Positions 25,107-33,911 are shown, counted from the stretch's first letter. The stretch: 40,542 nt of DNA from an uncultured Clostridia bacterium (GCA_947254895.1 CAMYEY010000001.1:1-40542); one strand, 5' to 3'. Numbers and translations are program-made. Notes: generated from the letters alone by a model not told the origin.

Positions 25107-25682
25107 TTATTCCTTAAAGTCGCGGTTCAGGATAACCGTTTTATAAGCTGGTGCCATCAGGCTGAGGACGACCAGGCAGGTCAGGGTCTCGGTCAGGAAG
25201 GCTGTGCCATTGACGGACAAGGAATATAACCAGGCCGGCTGACCCTCAGGAGCATACATTCCCCAAAAAACGATGCCGGCAATGAAGTGGAAAATGTAAC
25301 GGGCAAAACAGCCAATGACTGCAGCCAGGTCAACCAAGAGAAGGCTTTTGGCCGGGCTTGCGTTTGAGCGTAAAGTGTTTTGCACCGGTTTTGCCAGGAG
25401 ACCGGTTAAACCGACGGCTGCAAAGGCAAAAAGATATTCAATCAAGGCCTGGGCTAAGCTAACGATCTCTGCGTCACCCACAACAATTTGTAGAAGACCC
25501 CAGAGGAAGCCACCTGCCAGACCGGCTCCCAGTCCCCAGCGTAAGGCCAAGATGATGATTGGTAACATCTTGATGCTAATTTTAAAGGCCGGACTGAGTG
25601 AAGGTATAAAGAGGTCAAAGACCAGGGCAATGGCTGCGAAAATAGCAATTTCAATCAGTTTCCTTAACTTGTTTCTATCCAT
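25107..25682 (-). CDS. thiT: Thiamine transporter ThiT (ECF transporter S component)
   Basis: About 6 TM helices with a ThiT-like N-terminus (LIEIAIFAAIALVFD). Preceded by a TPP riboswitch. The start is chosen at ATG 25682-25680 after AAGGGGAG (the listed ORF extends upstream into the riboswitch). Confidence 0.8.
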   Translation of the reverse strand: MDRNKLRKLIEIAIFAAIALVFDLFIPSLSPAFKISIKMLPIIILALRWGLGAGLAGGFLWGLLQIVVGDAEIVSLAQALIEYLFAFAAVGLTGLLAKPVQNTLRSNASPAKSLLLVDLAAVIGCFARYIFHFIAGIVFWGMYAPEGQPAWLYSLSVNGTAFLTETLTCLVVLSLMAPAYKTVILNRDFKE

Positions 25683-25731
25683 AAAAAACTCCCCTTCTAT
25701 ACGAACGGGAGGCTGATTAGACTGATCAAAA

Positions 25732-25811
25732 ACATCTCGACGCAAGTACTAACTTGATCCGATTATAAGGGTATCATCTCAGCTCTTTCGAGCACCCCTC
25801 GTTCGTAATGT
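25732..25811 (-). promoter_or_regulatory. TPP riboswitch (THI element) aptamer
   Basis: The minus strand reads ACATTACGAACGAGGGGTGCTCGAAAGAGCTGAGATGATACCCTTATAATCGGATCAAGTTAGTACTTGCGTCGAGATGT. The conserved GGGGTGC, GCTGAGA and ACCCTT blocks and the pyrophosphate-helix region are present. Downstream, CCTCCC (25712-25707) can pair with the SD GGGGAG (25694-25689). Confidence 0.85.
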
Positions 25812-25820
25812 ATTGACTTG

Positions 25821-25849
25821 ATCTTAGTCAGCTTCTTAAGCCTTGTCAA
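25821..25849 (-). promoter_or_regulatory. SigA-type promoter of the TPP riboswitch-thiT transcript
   Basis: Minus strand: TTGACA (25849-25844), 17 nt, TAAGAT (25826-25821). The predicted TSS is a few nt before the P1 helix. Confidence 0.55.
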
Positions 25850-26003
25850 ATTTTGTTAGTGTAGGCTTTCACCAAGCTAGGCTGTAATGTTAAATATCTT
25901 TGAAATATCTTATAATTAAGCATATGTATGGAAATCTATTGAAAAGAGTTCCTTTTGTTCCAGTTAAGCCAAGATAAAGTTCCTAAAAGAAAAGGGGGGT
26001 GCC

Positions 26004-27395
26004 ATGAGAGCCTTTAAAATAATTGCTTTAGTTGTCATGATATGTTTTTCTATGAGTGCTTGTAAGGCCGGTCTAAGACAAGGAGGGGATCCCAACAAGC
26101 TGGGAGGGGCTGGAGACCTAGGACAATACCTGATAGCCGGTCCATCCTATCCTCAAATGCACCCTTATCCGGATGAATACGCCTTTAGCAAAGCCAATGG
26201 TGACTTTGATTCGGAAGCCTTTGATAAGGTTTATGATGCCTGGAGGGCGGATAAGGCTAAACAAGAGGACTTCCGCCAGCAATTTAAGGGGGACTATCAG
26301 AATTTTTACCGGAAAACAGCCCAGATTATCCTGGGGGACAAGAACCAGGCCTATTCTCCGATCAGTTTATACATGGCCCTTGCCATGCTTTCAGAAACGA
26401 CAGGGGGGACGACCAAGTCGCAAATATTGGACCTATTAGGCAGTCAGTCATCCGCGATTGCCCACGATGCTAAAGCCCTCTGGAATAGCAATTATTCGGC
26501 GGACACGGCCAGCAATAGCCTCTTAGCTAATTCCCTCTGGCTAAGGGAGGACCTGGCTTACCAAAAGAAACACATAGACCGTCTGGCAGATGACTATTAC
26601 GCCTCTGTCTTTCAAGGCCCGATGGGGTCTGATGCCTATAATCAAGTCTTGCAAAGCTGGCTGAACCAGCAGACGGGCAATCTCTTACAGGAACAGGCAA
26701 AAGAACTTACTTTTTCCGCTGACACTGTCTTGGGGCTTGTTTCAACAGTTTATTTTCAGGAAAAATGGTCTGAGGGATTTATGGAGGAGGCCAATAGTCA
26801 AGAGACCTTCTATGGGGATAAGGAGGAGGTGGAGGCAGAATTTATGCACCAGAGAGAGCCTGGTTATTATTATTGGTCCCATAATTTTTCTGCCATTCAT
26901 AAAAGCCTATTAGACGGCTCAGCCGGTATGTGGTTTATTTTACCTGATGAAGACACCAGCATTGGAGAGATCTTGGCTAATGAGGAGTTTTTTGCCCTAA
27001 CTTCAAGGCAACCCTCTCCAGAAAGTTGGCAAAACAAGAAAGATGTCACGATAAACCTATCCCTGCCCAAGTTTGATGTTGAGGCCAATTATGATCTGAC
27101 TGCCCCCTTAAAAGACTTGGGAGTAGGGGATGTCTTTGACCCGGACAAGGCAGATTTTTCACTCTTGCTGGAGGAGCAAGATACCCCCCTTTGGCTATCC
27201 CAGGTTAAGCAGGGGACACGGGTGGCCATCGATGAAGGAGGGGTAACGGCAGCAAGTTTTACACAGATGAGTGTTATGGAGTCTGCTATGCCGCCAACAG
27301 AAGAAGTCGATTTTACCCTTAACCGCCCCTTTCTCTTTGTGGTCACCGGCATCAGCGGAGACCCACTCTTCATCGGCCTTGTTCAACAATTATGA
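26004..27395 (+). CDS. Serpin-family serine protease inhibitor, predicted lipoprotein
   Basis: Signal peptide with a lipobox-like FSMSAC (Cys20). Serpin C-terminal signature: hinge/reactive-centre loop DEGGVTAASFTQMSVMESAMPP followed by FTLNRPFLFVV. Total length is consistent with a serpin fold plus an N-terminal linker. Confidence 0.8.
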   Translation: MRAFKIIALVVMICFSMSACKAGLRQGGDPNKLGGAGDLGQYLIAGPSYPQMHPYPDEYAFSKANGDFDSEAFDKVYDAWRADKAKQEDFRQQFKGDYQNFYRKTAQIILGDKNQAYSPISLYMALAMLSETTGGTTKSQILDLLGSQSSAIAHDAKALWNSNYSADTASNSLLANSLWLREDLAYQKKHIDRLADDYYASVFQGPMGSDAYNQVLQSWLNQQTGNLLQEQAKELTFSADTVLGLVSTVYFQEKWSEGFMEEANSQETFYGDKEEVEAEFMHQREPGYYYWSHNFSAIHKSLLDGSAGMWFILPDEDTSIGEILANEEFFALTSRQPSPESWQNKKDVTINLSLPKFDVEANYDLTAPLKDLGVGDVFDPDKADFSLLLEEQDTPLWLSQVKQGTRVAIDEGGVTAASFTQMSVMESAMPPTEEVDFTLNRPFLFVVTGISGDPLFIGLVQQL

Positions 27396-27589
27396 TCCTG
27401 CATAAAGAAAAACTCTCTTGAAAACCATTGGCCGGTATCTAGGCCCTGTTTTCTCAAAATGGTCTTCGGAATATGACCTTTAGAGGCTGGTAGCTTGATG
27501 GGTCACGCCGGTAGTTCACAATTAAGTTGGTTCGTTGTATCATAGCCAAGTAGATTAGGATCAATTTTCAGAATAAATAGAGGTGGATA

Positions 27590-30109
27590 ATGAAGTATTC
27601 GACAGCAATAGATGAAAAATGGCAGAAGCGTTGGGATGATCTCAAATTGGCCAGTTTTAACCCTGATAGGATCAAGGACAAGCTCTATGTCTTGGAAATG
27701 TTTTCCTATCCTTCGGGGGCAAACCTCCATGTGGGGCACTGGTATAACTATGGCTTATCTGATAGCTGGGCCAGAATGAAAAAAATGCAGGGCTATGAAA
27801 TTTTTCAGCCTATGGGTTTTGATGCTTTTGGCCTACCTGCTGAAAACTATGCTATAAAAAGCGGGATTCACCCCCAGACCAGTACGGAAGCCAACATCAA
27901 AAAGATGGAAGAGCAGCTGAAAAAGATGGGTGGCCTCTTTAACTGGGAGCATGAGATAGCAACCTGCCGGCCGGAGTACTATCGCTGGAACCAGTACCTC
28001 TTTTTGCAACTCTATAAGCAGGGTCTGGCCTACCGGAAAAAAGCTCCGGTGAACTGGTGCCCTCACTGCAATACTGTCCTGGCCAACGAACAGGTCCTGG
28101 CCGATTCGACCTGTGAACGTTGTGGGACAACTGTCACCCACAAGCACCTGACCCAGTGGTTTTTCAAAATAACGGACTATGCCGATGAACTTTTGGCTGG
28201 CCTAAAAGACCTAGACTGGCCGGAAACAACCAAAAAAATCCAAGAAAACTGGATAGGCCGATCCGAAGGAGCTGAGGTTAAATTTCAAGCCATGCAAAAT
28301 GGAGAAGAGATGGTGGATGAATCTGGCCAACCCTTGAAATTAACCTGTTTTACAACCCGGATTGATACCCTCTTTGGTGTTGTAGGCCTTGTTGTTGCCC
28401 CGGAAAGCGAATTGTGTGACCTCTTAACCACGGATAAGTACCGAGCTGAGGTTGAGGCCTATAAGCAGAGGACCCTCAGTCTCTCCGATATTGACCGGTC
28501 TTCGACCACTCGCGAAAAGACCGGCGTTTTTACCGGATCCTATGCAGTTAACCCGATCAATAACGAGACGATCCCTATTTGGACAGCAGATTATGTCATC
28601 TCAGGCTATGGTACGGGCTGTGTCATGATGGTTCCGGGCCATGATATGCGTGACTATGAATTTTGTAAAAAATTTGACTTACCCATCGTCCAAGTTATCG
28701 CCGATCCGGGTAAGGAAGAAACTGAGTTACCATATTCCGCCTATGGGATTTTAGTCAACAGTGGTGACTATACCGGTCTTACATCTGAGCGAGCTATGCA
28801 GGATATCGTCAATGAATTAGCCATTGACCATTTGGCTGAAAAGAAGGTTAATTACCGGCTTAGGGACTGGCTAGTATCCCGTCAACGCTATTGGGGAACG
28901 CCTATTCCTATCATCTATTGTGACAAATGTGGTACGGTTCCCGTTCCCGAGGAAGACCTGCCGGTTGAGTTGCCTTTTGATGTTGACTTTACACCTGATG
29001 GACGGTCTCCTCTTTCTAAACATGAGGGCTTTATGAATACGACCTGTCCCTGCTGTGGTGGACCGGCCAGGCGTGATCCGGATACACTTGATACCTTTGT
29101 CTGTTCGTCCTGGTATCAATTTCGCTATGTTGATAATAAGAATGACCGAGAAATGTTTGATAAAGCAAAGGTCAATGCAATGTGCCCGGTTGACCACTAT
29201 ATTGGGGGAGCTGAACATGCAGCTATGCACCTCCTTTACTCGCGCTTTATCACCAAGGCTTTACGGGATATGGGTAAATTAGACTTTGACGAGCCTTTTC
29301 AGGCCTTGACCCACCAAGGTACGATCTTAGGACCGGATGGACGCAAAATGTCCAAGTCCCTTGGCAATACGATTTCGCCTGACTACTATATTGAAAAATA
29401 TGGGTCGGACACTTTCCGCCTCTTTTTGGCCTTTGCCTTTGCCTACGTTGACGGTGGTCCCTGGAACGATAACACCCTGGTAGCGATCAATAAGTTTATG
29501 GCGAGAATTAGTCGCTTGGTTGAAGATCTGACTACAGCCTTGCCGGCAGACCAGCTTGTAGCCTGGGCTTCAGATAACAACTTTGATCCCTGGTCACAGG
29601 GAGACCTGACTAAGGCTGACAAAGAGCTTAACCGGGCCAAGCACTACACAATAAAGGAAGTTAGCCGGGACGCCGACAGGTTCCAATTTAATACCTCGAT
29701 TGCCCGCCTGATGGAGCTCCTCAACAGCCTGCAGGACTATTTAAAATCTGATAGCTCTAGGCAAGACCTAGCCTACCAGACAGTCTGTGACTACCTGCGG
29801 CTTTTAGCCCCCTTTGCCCCCCACTTTACCGAAGAACTGTGGGAGATGATGGGTCATAAGTCGACTTCGATTTTCCTAGATAAGTGGCCTAGCTTTGACC
29901 CCGAAGCCTTGAAGCAAGATACAGTCGAAATTGCTGTTCAGATTAACGGAAAGGTCAAGGGGAGGATGGAAATTGAACCTTCAGCTGACCAAGCTGCGGT
30001 TGAAGCCCAGCTTAAGGCTTTACCTGACCTGGCAGATTGGCTGGGCGGAAAGTCCATCCGTAAGGTGATCTATGTCCCCGGCCGCATCGTCAATGTTGTG
30101 GTCGGATAG
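27590..30109 (+). CDS. leuS: Leucine--tRNA ligase
   Basis: Class I HIGH motif (HVGHWYNY), KMSKS (KMSKSLGN), CP1 editing-domain insertion, zinc-knuckle cysteines, 839 aa. RBS AGAGGTGGA. Confidence 0.96.
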   Translation: MKYSTAIDEKWQKRWDDLKLASFNPDRIKDKLYVLEMFSYPSGANLHVGHWYNYGLSDSWARMKKMQGYEIFQPMGFDAFGLPAENYAIKSGIHPQTSTEANIKKMEEQLKKMGGLFNWEHEIATCRPEYYRWNQYLFLQLYKQGLAYRKKAPVNWCPHCNTVLANEQVLADSTCERCGTTVTHKHLTQWFFKITDYADELLAGLKDLDWPETTKKIQENWIGRSEGAEVKFQAMQNGEEMVDESGQPLKLTCFTTRIDTLFGVVGLVVAPESELCDLLTTDKYRAEVEAYKQRTLSLSDIDRSSTTREKTGVFTGSYAVNPINNETIPIWTADYVISGYGTGCVMMVPGHDMRDYEFCKKFDLPIVQVIADPGKEETELPYSAYGILVNSGDYTGLTSERAMQDIVNELAIDHLAEKKVNYRLRDWLVSRQRYWGTPIPIIYCDKCGTVPVPEEDLPVELPFDVDFTPDGRSPLSKHEGFMNTTCPCCGGPARRDPDTLDTFVCSSWYQFRYVDNKNDREMFDKAKVNAMCPVDHYIGGAEHAAMHLLYSRFITKALRDMGKLDFDEPFQALTHQGTILGPDGRKMSKSLGNTISPDYYIEKYGSDTFRLFLAFAFAYVDGGPWNDNTLVAINKFMARISRLVEDLTTALPADQLVAWASDNNFDPWSQGDLTKADKELNRAKHYTIKEVSRDADRFQFNTSIARLMELLNSLQDYLKSDSSRQDLAYQTVCDYLRLLAPFAPHFTEELWEMMGHKSTSIFLDKWPSFDPEALKQDTVEIAVQINGKVKGRMEIEPSADQAAVEAQLKALPDLADWLGGKSIRKVIYVPGRIVNVVVG

Positions 30110-30142
30110 TTGGCGATAAGCTTTTATTTTAGCTGGTGACCT

Positions 30143-30787
30143 GTGTCTAAAACAAAAACTTTAATCTTAGCCAGTCAATCGCCCCGCCGCCGGGACTTGC
30201 TCAAGATGCTGGGGCTAGATTTTATTTGCCTGACTGCTGATTTAGATGAACGAGCTATCAGGTCCCGATTGTTGACTGAGAGACATTTCGTCAAAGGACA
30301 GGAGGAGCCTTTGGGTGAGCTCATGACTTCAAGACTTGCCCAGGCAAAGGCAGACTGGGTCTGGGCTGGCTTGACTCAAGCTGAACAAGAGAATTCTCTT
30401 GTTATAGCTTCTGACACCCTCGTTTCCCTAGACGGGCAAATTCTTGGAAAACCGGCCGATGGTGCCGAGGCAGAAGCTATGCTACATTTTTTGAGTGGTA
30501 AAACTCAGGAGGTTTATACAGCTGTTAGCATTATCGGTCAGGAAGATAGAATCAATTTTGTGGACCGGGCTGAAGTGGACTTTTATCCCCTAGATGATTT
30601 TCAGAAGACTTTTATTAAACAATATGTGGCCAGCGGTGACCCCCTCGATAAGGCAGGGGCCTATGGTATTCAGGGTATGGGGGCGGTTTTAGTCAAGGCC
30701 ATTAGGGGGGACTATTATACGGTTATGGGTCTCCCGGTCAGCAGGCTTAGCCGAGCTTTAGCCAAGATCAAGTTAGATCTTGCTTAA
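30143..30787 (+). CDS. maf: Maf-family nucleoside triphosphate pyrophosphatase
   Basis: LILASQSPRRRDLL N-terminal motif, ASDT, and GAYGIQG near the C-terminus. GTG start. Confidence 0.88.
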   Translation: MSKTKTLILASQSPRRRDLLKMLGLDFICLTADLDERAIRSRLLTERHFVKGQEEPLGELMTSRLAQAKADWVWAGLTQAEQENSLVIASDTLVSLDGQILGKPADGAEAEAMLHFLSGKTQEVYTAVSIIGQEDRINFVDRAEVDFYPLDDFQKTFIKQYVASGDPLDKAGAYGIQGMGAVLVKAIRGDYYTVMGLPVSRLSRALAKIKLDLA

Positions 30788-30866
30788 AAAACCCGCCTAT
30801 GCTAGACTTATTTGCGTTGAAATTGCCCAGGCAAGATTCTTAACTGGGCCAATATAGCAAACATCT

Positions 30867-30958
30867 GGAGAGTTGGCCGAGCTGGCTGAAGGCGCACGAT
30901 TGGAAATCGTGTATACGTTAATAGCGTATCGTGGGTTCAAATCCCATGCTCTCCGCCA
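30867..30958 (+). tRNA. tRNA-Ser (anticodon GGA), CCA encoded
   Basis: Acceptor stem GGAGAGT/GCTCTCC, D arm GCCGAGCTGGCTGAAGGC, anticodon stem-loop CACGA-TTGGAAA-TCGTG (anticodon GGA), long variable arm TATACGTTAATAGCGTATC, T arm GTGGG-TTCAAAT-CCCAT, then discriminator G + CCA. Confidence 0.93.
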
Positions 30959-30983
30959 TAGCGTTTTTTAGAAAATGCCGAAA

Positions 30984-31014
30984 CCCCTGAAAACTAATGT
31001 TGTCAGGGGTTTTT
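30984..31014 (+). terminator. Rho-independent terminator after tRNA-Ser
   Basis: CCCCTGA (30984-30990) / TCAGGGG (31003-31009) followed by TTTTT. Confidence 0.7.
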
Positions 31015-31280
31015 ACGTTTGGAAAAATGTTCAGTATTTTTAATAGAGTGGTATTTATAATGGTATAAGCCTATTTTCAATCCGATGTTGTTTCATGGCT
31101 GAGTTTGTCAAAATCTAGCTTGAAGCTAAGAGCTGTGTTCATACCTCATCATTAGGTGTAACAAAAACTACACTAATTTTCTCAGTTTCCATTATAATAG
31201 CTATTAAGATCTCAATGGTGAGCGTTTGCCTTGCTGCTGAGGATATGAATAAGTTAACAAGTAATTGAAAAGAGGTTTTT

Positions 31281-31700
31281 ATGAAAATTGGAATTTTTTA
31301 TTTTACGACAAGCGGCAATACTGAGGCCCTGGCTGATATCTTAGAGAAGACCTGGTCTGATGCTGGTCATGATGTTGTTAAAAAAGACTTCAGTGAAAGT
31401 GATTCTTCTGACCTAGATGGGCTTGACCTGGTTGCCCTAGGTTCACCGGCACAGGGTGAAGAAGAGGTTGACGATAGTGAGTTCAGACCCTTCTACGAGG
31501 ATAATCTTGATGAGCTCAAAGGCAAAAAAATCTTCCTCTTTGGCTGCTTTGGCTGGGGCGGCGGTGAGTATATGGAGAACTTTGCTGAAGAAGCTAAGGG
31601 CGAAGGTCTCGATGTTGTCGGCCACTTTACCCACCTGGAAGAACCGGATGATGACACAGCAGAAGAGTTATCCGAGCAGGCTTTAGAAGTGATTGCTTAA
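31281..31700 (+). CDS. Short-chain flavodoxin
   Basis: MKIGIFYFTTSGNTEALA contains the FMN phosphate-binding loop (T/S-x-T-G-x-T). 139 aa, acidic, with the GCFGWGGGEY FMN-ring loop. Confidence 0.85.
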   Translation: MKIGIFYFTTSGNTEALADILEKTWSDAGHDVVKKDFSESDSSDLDGLDLVALGSPAQGEEEVDDSEFRPFYEDNLDELKGKKIFLFGCFGWGGGEYMENFAEEAKGEGLDVVGHFTHLEEPDDDTAEELSEQALEVIA

Positions 31701-31736
31701 TTATTTTGCACTTGAACAATAAGAAATTTAGCCAAG

Positions 31737-31775
31737 AGTTGCCTTTGGACTCCAAGTCATAAGGCAACTTTTTTA
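31737..31775. terminator. Rho-independent terminator after the flavodoxin gene
   Basis: AGTTGCCTT (31737-31745) / AAGGCAACT (31761-31769) followed by TTTTTT. Confidence 0.75.
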
Positions 31776-32103
31776 TTCTGACCTATGACCAAGATTTTGT
31801 TGGAAAAAGCTTTGCTTTTTTTGAAAGGTTGAGTGACTAGCAGGCCATCATCAAGTAAGATTTTGAGCTTTCTCAAGGACCAGTAATTAGAAATTTTTTC
31901 TGAAAATACTGTTTCCTCAACAAAGTTCACTATTCGTGCTATAGTAACAGTGGCGTGAAGTGCTTGAGGAGGTGCAGGGGTTCTGTCTCTAAGGCCTCAT
32001 AGCTACCAGATCCTTAGGTCTAGAAACTAGCTCCTCTTGAAGCAAGAATCAACCGCCTAACGTTAAGCATAGAGTTTGAGTCAGACGAGAAAGAAGGTAT
32101 TTT

Positions 32104-32865
32104 ATGAACAGATTTACAGGAAAAGTTGCAGTCGTCACAGGAGCTAGTTCAGGTATGGGTCGGGATATTGCTCGTGCCCTCTGTCAAGAAGGTGCCACAG
32201 TCGTTGCTGTAGCAAGAAGACAAGAAAGACTGGAAGAACTGGCAGAACATTGCAAGGATATGCCGGGTAAGATTCTACCCTATGTTGCAGACCTCATGAA
32301 AGACGAAGAAAACCATAAGATGGTTGACTATGCGGTTGAGCAGGCGGGTAGACTGGATATTTTGATCAACAATGCCGGTATGATGGATGAAATGAAACCG
32401 GTTGGCGAAATTGACGATGACCTCTATAACCGGGTTATGACCTTAAATGCCAAGGGACCCATGTTAGCTATGCAAAGGGCTGTCCAGATCATGGAAAAAC
32501 AGGGTGGAGGTAATATCATTAACGTTGCTTCAATTGGTGGAACCAATGGCTGCAAGGCCGGCGCCGTCTACACCATGTCTAAGCATGCTCTGGTTGGCCT
32601 AACCCAAAATACAGCCTTTATGTACGCAGGTAAAAATATCAGGGTCAATGCTATTTGCCCGGGCGGGGTTAAGACAGAAGTTGGAGTAAATATGAAGGCT
32701 CCCAGCCAGCTCGGTCTTGAGCGGGTTATGGCAGGTGTTGATACCTCTATTCGTCAAGCAGAGGTTGAAGAAATAACCGGTTTGGTTCTCTTCATTGCCA
32801 GCGACGCCGCTTCATTCATCACTGGTTCCATTATTACTGCAGATGGTGGCGTTACCGCTTGCTAG
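32104..32865 (+). CDS. Short-chain dehydrogenase/reductase (SDR) family oxidoreductase
   Basis: TGASSGMG cofactor motif, NNAG, and the catalytic S...YTMSKHA (YxxxK). 253 aa. Substrate unknown. Confidence 0.88.
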   Translation: MNRFTGKVAVVTGASSGMGRDIARALCQEGATVVAVARRQERLEELAEHCKDMPGKILPYVADLMKDEENHKMVDYAVEQAGRLDILINNAGMMDEMKPVGEIDDDLYNRVMTLNAKGPMLAMQRAVQIMEKQGGGNIINVASIGGTNGCKAGAVYTMSKHALVGLTQNTAFMYAGKNIRVNAICPGGVKTEVGVNMKAPSQLGLERVMAGVDTSIRQAEVEEITGLVLFIASDAASFITGSIITADGGVTAC

Positions 32866-32977
32866 TCTCGTTGAAAGGGACTGTTGCCAGGTTCGCCAAT
32901 GCTTTGATGGCAAAAACCGTTAGTCATCTAGCTCGGATTTTCCGGGCAAAACGGTGAAGCAGATTTGTTAAGACTTA

Positions 32978-33012
32978 CCTCGGATCTGAGAAGTGGATCC
33001 GGGGTATTTTTT
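32978..33012 (+). terminator. Rho-independent terminator after the SDR gene
   Basis: CCTCGGATC (32978-32986) / GATCCGGGG (32996-33004) with one G-U pair, followed by TATTTTTT. Confidence 0.7.
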
Positions 33013-33158
33013 ATCCCTTATAATCAAACATATTTCATGTTAAATTATATGAAATTCCGGGAGAAAACTAGCCGAAATCTGCCTAAGTGCTGAAATAAAA
33101 AGGACTAAGCCTATGTTAAAATAGGTCTAATAATATTTTGTGAAAAGAGGGGACGTTT

Positions 33159-33911
33159 ATGATCTCAATGAAAAATGTGACCAAGACTTTTTCAGATAAA
33201 AAGGCTGTGGATAACCTATCTATAGAATTGAGGGCAGGTGAAATTTTTGGCTTCTTAGGACCTAACGGGGCTGGTAAGAGTACCACCCTTAAAATGATTT
33301 GTGGTGTGCTTCAGCCGGACGAGGGAGAAATCACGATTAATGGCTATAATATTTTAACCGATCCCCTGATGGCTAAACAGCAATTTGCCTACGTTCCCGA
33401 TTCGCCGGATACCTTGCTCCGGCTAAAGGGCAAAGAATTCTTAAAGTTTATGGCAGATATGTACCAGGTTCCTGCAGACCTTAGAGAAAAAAGAGTCAAG
33501 CAGTTAACAGAAGAGTTTGAGATTGCTGATGTCCTCAACAATAAAATTCAAAGCTATTCGCATGGTATGCGGCAAAAGCTTATGGTGACAGCGGCCTTGC
33601 TCCATAATCCCCCTGTTTGGATCTTGGATGAACCGATGACCGGACTTGACCCGGCTTCAGCTTTTCTCCTCAAGGAAAAGATGCATGAACATGCAGGCCA
33701 AGCTAAAACGGTCCTCTTTTCGACGCATATACTCGAGGTTGCAGAAAAAATTTGTGACCGGATCGGGATTATTGATAAGGGTAAGCTGATTTTTGTCGGC
33801 ACTGTTGAAGAGATGCGGCAGAGCTTTGCCGAGGATGCTTCTCTCGAGACCATGTTCCTCCAGCTCACCAATAAGGAAAATCAATCCGTATTTGGTGACC
33901 GGTTGAGTTAA
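33159..33911 (+). CDS. ABC transporter ATP-binding protein (ABC-2/exporter type)
   Basis: Walker A GPNGAGKST, Q-loop, variant signature YSHGMRQK, Walker B WILDEP, H-loop STH. RBS AGAGGGGA. Confidence 0.9.
   Translation: MISMKNVTKTFSDKKAVDNLSIELRAGEIFGFLGPNGAGKSTTLKMICGVLQPDEGEITINGYNILTDPLMAKQQFAYVPDSPDTLLRLKGKEFLKFMADMYQVPADLREKRVKQLTEEFEIADVLNNKIQSYSHGMRQKLMVTAALLHNPPVWILDEPMTGLDPASAFLLKEKMHEHAGQAKTVLFSTHILEVAEKICDRIGIIDKGKLIFVGTVEEMRQSFAEDASLETMFLQLTNKENQSVFGDRLS

Noticed and set aside
25315-25716. 133-aa plus-strand ORF opposite thiT.
   Set aside because: Arg/Ala/Lys/Pro-rich shadow frame of the ThiT membrane protein. It would run through the thiT start codon and SD into the 5' leader, stopping short of the riboswitch aptamer.
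27396-27589. Possible T-box leader upstream of leuS, which is common for aminoacyl-tRNA synthetase genes in Firmicutes.
   Set aside because: I could not find the conserved T-box sequence (AA..GGGTGGTACCGCG-like), an AGAGA/GA-motif Stem I, or a terminator/antiterminator pair. The nearest string, GATGGGTCACGCCGGTAG, is a poor match, and the spacer (~190 nt) is short. A covariance-model scan would settle it.
30867-31280. tRNA-Ser as an integration site for a genomic island covering the downstream accessory genes.
   Set aside because: There is no integrase, excisionase or transposase in the following 9.5 kb. I found no direct repeat of the tRNA 3' end downstream. The genes immediately after it (flavodoxin, SDR, ABC) have core-like composition. 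Only the region after ~35.7 kb looks compositionally different, and that is reported separately.
31757-31930. 57-aa minus-strand GTG-initiated ORF (VNFVEETVFSEKISNYWSLRKLKILLDDGLLVTQPFKK...) with a vague winged-helix / LysR-N-terminus flavour. It lies between the flavodoxin and SDR genes.
   Set aside because: There is no RBS, the start codon is weak, and the stop lies inside the flavodoxin terminator stem. The HTH resemblance is only impressionistic. It could be a decayed regulator remnant, but I cannot support it as a gene.
32866-32977. About 110 nt between the SDR stop and its terminator, with small hairpins (TTGCCA...TGGCAA; ACCGTT...AACGGT) and a 16-codon ATG ORF (MAKTVSHLARIFRAKR).
   Set aside because: The mini-ORF has no RBS and the stems are short (6 bp). 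This is most simply a 3' UTR, and nothing supports a separate feature.
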